Assembly: GCA_000092065.1 (NCBI GenBank) | Contig: CP000584.1 | DNA from: Ostreococcus lucimarinus | Taxonomy: Eukaryota | Direction: 5' to 3' (one strand) | DNA: 64,000 nt | In this document: piece by piece, positions 60,091 through 64,000 of the stretch | How the letters are laid out: the number at the start of each line of letters is the position of its first letter | Numbering within the stretch: the first letter of the stretch is position 1 | Program-made: the position numbers and the translations under genes | The notes under the pieces: generated by a model | Databases searched by the model: none | The model's input: the letters and a program-made list of their open reading frames with translations, nothing else | What the model was told of the DNA's origin: nothing

Positions 60091-63000
60091 TCATCGCGCG
60101 GCGTTCAGGTAAAGTCTGTATTGCTCGCGTCGGCGCTCTTCAATTTGTTCTTGACCGCGACGACGGTACTCTTTGAGATCGCGGCACCTGGGCACGGGGC
60201 AGTCGTCCTCCATGCATCCCTTAGAATGAATTTGCAACAGCGTCCACGTTTTACGGCAGAGCTGGCACCCGCCTGCTGATTTGACCGTGCAGCTCAAGGC
60301 GTGCTTGAGCAAGTGTTTGATTTTCGGGCAGTTGCTGTTTTCGCATCGTTCTTTGCGGCATTTGCACGCGTGGAGCAAGAGTTCCATGGTTCGCTCGATC
60401 TGCGCCGCGCGGTTCTCGCGCTCGGCTTGAGACAACGCCGTGCGATCTCCGGCGGTACGACCTTGTCGCATGAGGGGGTGCTGGTGACCAGTTCTGATGC
60501 GGCAGTTGTCGCAAATATCGAAATCGGGGCACGTCTCGCAGCGCCAACCCTTTCCGGGCTCGAGCTCGCGTGAACAAACGTTGCATGATGCGACGAATGC
60601 AGGCTCAGATGGATTGTTCAAGTGATACAGCACCATCATGGTCGTATGTTTGGCGCGACGAAGCGAGTCGAACTGGAAGTGATTGCCTTGGCACAAGGAC
60701 AGGAACGCTTGACGTGTGTCAAAGAATTCGCTCTCGAGCTTTTCCTCCTCGTCCTTCTGTTCCTTCGTCAGCGTGGGAATTTCCTCACACTTTTCGCACT
60801 CGAGCTTGCGGCCAGCGTAACGTTTTTCGTTCTCTGGCATCGCATCTTCAGTCTCCTTGCATTCTTCGCAAAGCACCAAGGGTGTGCCTTCCGTCGCGTA
60901 ATAGCGGTTGGCACCGGCGATGGTTCTGCGGCAGCACAAACATTGGTGCGCAAGATGGGCGAGCATGAAGTCGTTTCTCATGTTGCTGATCGTCGTCCCG
61001 AGCTTCTTCATTAGTTCTTTATTCAGTTCAGCGTCAGCGGCGATCGTGCCACTCTTTGCCTTGGCCGCCTTGCGCGCGCTGATCTTAACCGTGGACGACT
61101 TTGTCTTCGCCTCGATGTTCTTTGCCTCCTCGAGTTCCTTCATGATGGTCGGTATCCAATCTTCCGCAATGCCGGAGAAGTAATCACCATCGAAATACGG
61201 ATACTCAGTGGCGCATCGAATATCGTGATTTTGATTGCCGAGTCGGAATTCATCGTACACGTTCGAAGTTGAAATGACGATGCCATCCTTCTGCGCCGAG
61301 CGCAACATCTTGAGGTACCACTCACGAAGCTTGTCAGCCTTTGGCGTCTTTTGCACCTTGGGGTGACAGTACAGAATGTAATCGTCTCCTTGGAACGGCG
61401 GACACGCCCAAATAAAGCACGACGTGAAGCCGCGCTGTTTGACATAGTCCAGGTACGCAATCAGAATGTTGTGATAGACGTACGTGCGCAACGCGCAGTT
61501 TTCGCCCGTGGCCACGGTGACGTTGTCCGGTCGGAAGTACTTGACAGAGTCCAAATACGAGAGGTAAATTCTTCGCCGGTTCGGTTCAGGGCACTCGTCA
61601 TCATACTCTTGCACATAAATAGCCATCAAACACACATCGGTGGCCTCAAGCTTTTGGAACAGGAGGATGACGCGCGAACGGTAAGTAAAGTGCGCCGGAA
61701 TGCCCTGTTCTTTGAAGTGGGCGTAGTAGTGCGGCTTGGTGTCCATTTGTTTGAGTGTTTGAGACACAACACGAATGGTCAAGTTCTCAGCGGTCGGGAC
61801 GTTTTCTATGGGTACGCCCAACTGCTTCGCGCGCTCCACGCGTTCCGCCGAGAGCTTCGACGCGAGGCGTTCTTCCAAAAACGTCGACATCTTTGTCTTC
61901 GGTAACGAGCTCGCCGGCTGTTGTGAAGACGGACGTTCAGCAGTAACTTGACGTTCGTTCTTATCCAACTGCGATAAGATGCAGTTTGGACACGTGAATG
62001 GCGCTTCACCGCCTTCATTGCGTCTACCGTTGAAAAGAACGCAGAGTTGGTGATACCAATCCTCGCAGTAGTCGCATTGCACCCATGGCTCCTCGAGATC
62101 GTCGTCGTTCTTCTTCTTGATGAGCGTCGCTTTCGGAAACCGTTGACCCTCGACATCGACATACCCTTGGATGGCGTTGAAGCACGGGTTACACCACGCA
62201 TCTCTTCGAGTCTCGCCCCCGAGGCTAGGCATCTGGTGGAATACTTGTCCGCGCTTGATGCGACCGACGCAACTGTAGCAGTAAAGCGGCGGTGGTTCGA
62301 ACGTCAATCGTTCAACGCCGCATGCACGGCACGAACTTTCTGTCGCGTTGATCACCGCCCGCTCAGCTTCCTTCTGAAGCTGACGAGCGCTCGGTTGACC
62401 TTGACCTTGCACCTTTTCCTTGTCGGCGAGACGCAAGGCGGCGAGATGCGTACGGATTTCTTCCGGAGTGAAGCACTCCATTAACGACGTCCCTTCGCCA
62501 CCTGGCTTGCGATCCGTTTTCAAACCGCTCGTACCCTTCACCATGAGTTGACCACGATCGAGATCGTGATCGAGCTTCATTCTCTTGTTGCCGTGCGCCA
62601 TTTGCATTTGCGCCTGTTGACGCTGCTTGAGCATGGCGTTGCGCACGGGACCGCACACCGGACACCCAGCGTCCTTGCACGTCTGATGATGCTTCAACAA
62701 CTCACGCGACGCCAAACATCGAGGATAGTTGCACTGCGTCAGCGTACACTTCAACACGTGCTCCCACAACTGCTTCGCGACGTGACAGTGCGGCGTGTAG
62801 GGGCAGTGCCCGTGTCGCGCCTGACACTTGCTCGCGTGTCGAAGGAAGAGAAGCCATCGTTGCTGTTTCACGATGTACGCCTTTCGTAACTGCTCGTCAT
62901 TGATGTCTCGCCAATTAGCAACGACACCACCCCCACCACTACCCGGTTGCTGGCGCCCGCGCATCGCCGCCTGTTGCTGTTGGGCCATCTGTTGCTGTTG

Positions 63001-63450
63001 CGCGAGCTGCTTCGCCTGCGCCGCCTGCTGCGCCTTGGTGAGCTTTTTACCCTTCGGCGGCGCCTTAGCTCGTCCCTTGGGCGCCGCCGCCGTCGCTGCC
63101 TCAGGCATCATCGAACCCACACCCTGCGTCGGAATCATCGTCCCAGGTGGCACGCCGGCCATCATTTGCGAAGATCCTCCCGCGTATTGCGATCCTTGCG
63201 CCGCCGCCGCGCCGCGCAAAATCGGCGCCCCATTCGGTAACATACCGTTACCCCCCATCATCTGTCCCGCCGCGGGTTGCGCCATATTCCCCCCTAATCC
63301 CCCTGGGAACAACGCTCCCATCTGCTGACGCGAAGCCGCCGCAGCGCTCCCGCCTCCTCTTCCGCCCTGTTGCGCGCCTTGACGAGAAATCATGATGCGC
63401 GCGACGGCTTGAAGTCGCGCCTCCAACGTCGCCTTGTCGCAATACTCATC
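60091..63450 (-). CDS. CBP/p300-type histone acetyltransferase (plant HAC-like), main 3' exon: TAZ1, PHD, KAT11 HAT, ZZ, TAZ2
   Basis: TAZ1 'HASKCQARHGHCPYTPHCHVAKQLWEHVLKCT..CNYPRC'. PHD 'CDYCEDWYHQLCV'. HAT core 'RRIYLSYLDSVKYFRP...CFIWACPPFQGDDYILYCHP'. ZZ 'CNVCSRELEPGKGWRCETCPDFDICDNC'. TAZ2 'LLLHACKCRKERCENSNCPKIKHLLKHALSCT'. Exon begins after the acceptor TAG at 63451-63453. Confidence 0.9.
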   Translation of the reverse strand, partial: DEYCDKATLEARLQAVARIMISRQGAQQGGRGGGSAAAASRQQMGALFPGGLGGNMAQPAAGQMMGGNGMLPNGAPILRGAAAAQGSQYAGGSSQMMAGVPPGTMIPTQGVGSMMPEAATAAAPKGRAKAPPKGKKLTKAQQAAQAKQLAQQQQMAQQQQAAMRGRQQPGSGGGGVVANWRDINDEQLRKAYIVKQQRWLLFLRHASKCQARHGHCPYTPHCHVAKQLWEHVLKCTLTQCNYPRCLASRELLKHHQTCKDAGCPVCGPVRNAMLKQRQQAQMQMAHGNKRMKLDHDLDRGQLMVKGTSGLKTDRKPGGEGTSLMECFTPEEIRTHLAALRLADKEKVQGQGQPSARQLQKEAERAVINATESSCRACGVERLTFEPPPLYCYSCVGRIKRGQVFHQMPSLGGETRRDAWCNPCFNAIQGYVDVEGQRFPKATLIKKKNDDDLEEPWVQCDYCEDWYHQLCVLFNGRRNEGGEAPFTCPNCILSQLDKNERQVTAERPSSQQPASSLPKTKMSTFLEERLASKLSAERVERAKQLGVPIENVPTAENLTIRVVSQTLKQMDTKPHYYAHFKEQGIPAHFTYRSRVILLFQKLEATDVCLMAIYVQEYDDECPEPNRRRIYLSYLDSVKYFRPDNVTVATGENCALRTYVYHNILIAYLDYVKQRGFTSCFIWACPPFQGDDYILYCHPKVQKTPKADKLREWYLKMLRSAQKDGIVISTSNVYDEFRLGNQNHDIRCATEYPYFDGDYFSGIAEDWIPTIMKELEEAKNIEAKTKSSTVKISARKAAKAKSGTIAADAELNKELMKKLGTTISNMRNDFMLAHLAHQCLCCRRTIAGANRYYATEGTPLVLCEECKETEDAMPENEKRYAGRKLECEKCEEIPTLTKEQKDEEEKLESEFFDTRQAFLSLCQGNHFQFDSLRRAKHTTMMVLYHLNNPSEPAFVASCNVCSRELEPGKGWRCETCPDFDICDNCRIRTGHQHPLMRQGRTAGDRTALSQAERENRAAQIERTMELLLHACKCRKERCENSNCPKIKHLLKHALSCTVKSAGGCQLCRKTWTLLQIHSKGCMEDDCPVPRCRDLKEYRRRGQEQIEERRREQYRLYLNAAR

Positions 63451-63565
63451 CTACGATCGCAAAAACACCCCCACAATCCAACCGTCAGTCCTCGAACGTC
63501 ATCACCCGCGCGCGCGCGCGCCTCAACCGCCTCGTTCGTCGCGCGCGCCGATCGAAACCGCGCAC
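63451..63565 (-). other. HAC intron (115 nt): GTGCGCGGTTTCGATCGGCG...GAGGACTGACGG...CGTAG
   Basis: Joins '...VYRGARSK' to 'DEYCDKATLEARLQAVARIM', restoring KIX helix 3 (CBP '[16 protein letters not shown]'). Shares the 'TCGATCGGCG' block with the ISY1 intron 5' end. Confidence 0.7.
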
Positions 63566-63677
63566 CTTGCTCCGCGCTCCGCGATACACCGCCTCCTCCA
63601 ATCGCAGCACAAAGTCCGGTAGCTTGTGTTTCCACTCGTTCGTCAATTCCGGTTTCCTTTGTTTAAACACTCGCAAT
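63566..63677 (-). CDS. HAC exon encoding KIX-domain middle part (I)LRVFKQRKPELTNEWKHKLPDFVLRLEEAVYRGARSK
   Basis: Phase-consistent with its flanks (1-nt codon completion at the 5' end, phase 0 at the 3' end). Matches KIX '[19 protein letters not shown]'. Confidence 0.7.
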
Positions 63678-63833
63678 CTGCGCACCGTTCGCGCGTCCAC
63701 GCCGTCGTCAGTCGTCCCTTCGCCTGAGCGCGCGTTCGCGCGCGTCTTCGCGACCTAAGCCTCGTCCGCGAGATCCGCGTTCGCGCCTCCCCCCCCCGCG
63801 TCGCCTCGCGCGCCGTTCGCCTTCGCGACGCAC
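63678..63833 (-). other. HAC intron (156 nt): GTGCGTCGCG...GCTTAGGTCGCGAAGACGCGCGCGAACG...GACGACTGACGACGG...GTGCGCAG
   Basis: Donor follows '...QRKILIQH(AT)'. Shares 'CTTAGGT.G..GAAG..GCGCGAACG..ACGACTGACGACG' with the ISY1 intron. Confidence 0.65.
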
Positions 63834-64000
63834 ATGTGTTGAATCAGAATCTTCCTCTGCGGGATGTCGTCGTCCGATTGCCACGTGCGCCACGAGTGCT
63901 TCGCCCCCCCGCCGTCGCTCGCGCCGTTCGCGCCCGGCATTCGAACGCCCCGCGCCTTGTGCGGATTGACCTCGACCGACCGCGGTCGCGCGTGTGGGCA
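63834..64000 (-). CDS. HAC upstream exon encoding the KIX-domain start (…SWRTWQSDDDIPQRKILIQH), frame open to the window end (5' partial or ATG at 63940)
   Basis: 'GAKHSWRTWQSDDDIPQRKILIQH' matches KIX 'KGWHEHVTQDLRSHLVHKLVQAI'. No in-frame stop between 63940 and 64000. Confidence 0.6.

Noticed and set aside
1-64000. CRISPR arrays, rRNA, transposons, integrated viral segments
   Set aside because: No direct-repeat/spacer periodicity, no rRNA-like conserved stretches, no terminal inverted repeats or transposase/integrase/capsid ORFs were recognisable. Repeats found are short microsatellites or a single 56-bp duplication.

Overview
This window is gene-dense, GC-rich eukaryotic nuclear DNA with about 40 protein-coding genes in 64 kb on both strands. 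Intergenic spacers are short, and many are very GC-rich RCGCGCG-type tracts that function as divergent promoters. I found no rRNA, tRNA, CRISPR array or recognisable transposon. Gene content mixes core eukaryotic machinery (kinesin-14, CBP/p300-type histone acetyltransferase, RBBP5/SWD1, BAF60/SWIB, NPL4, ISY1, UBC12, TFIIIC TPR subunit, BEACH-WD40 giant protein, DNAJC9-like, TMEM208, nuclear-pore Tpr-like) with nuclear-encoded plastid functions carrying N-terminal presequences (SecA, DXR of the MEP pathway, a long-chain polyprenyl-diphosphate synthase). Nuclear secA with a transit peptide, high GC and compact genes together suggest a prasinophyte green alga of the Mamiellophyceae (Micromonas or Ostreococcus-like), but this lineage call is an inference. 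Most genes are single-exon, but I reconstructed at least six spliced genes from the sequence (ISY1, UBC12, HAC-type acetyltransferase, a LYR-motif protein, a repeat/KOW-like protein, and a 5'UTR intron of RBBP5). All of their introns share an unusually strict signature: 5' GTGCG[C/T], an extended branch motif (G)ACGACTGAC(G) 17 to 35 nt before a YAG acceptor, and a length of 92 to 169 nt. Several also share internal blocks, which points to an introner-like repeated intron family. Other notable items are an NRPS-like adenylation-thiolation-ankyrin protein with a small ORF ending 7 nt upstream of its ATG, a secreted TIG plus beta-helix protein with Gly/Thr-rich tandem repeats, a kynurenine-3-monooxygenase-like flavoprotein, a perfect 56-bp tandem duplication across a stop codon, and divergent gene pairs whose start codons are only tens of bp apart. 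All coordinates derived by hand (intron boundaries and revised ATG starts) may be off by a few nt. Many long ORFs in the supplied track are R/A-rich antisense or GC-composition artefacts, and several track ORFs begin at non-ATG codons, so starts were re-derived where possible.
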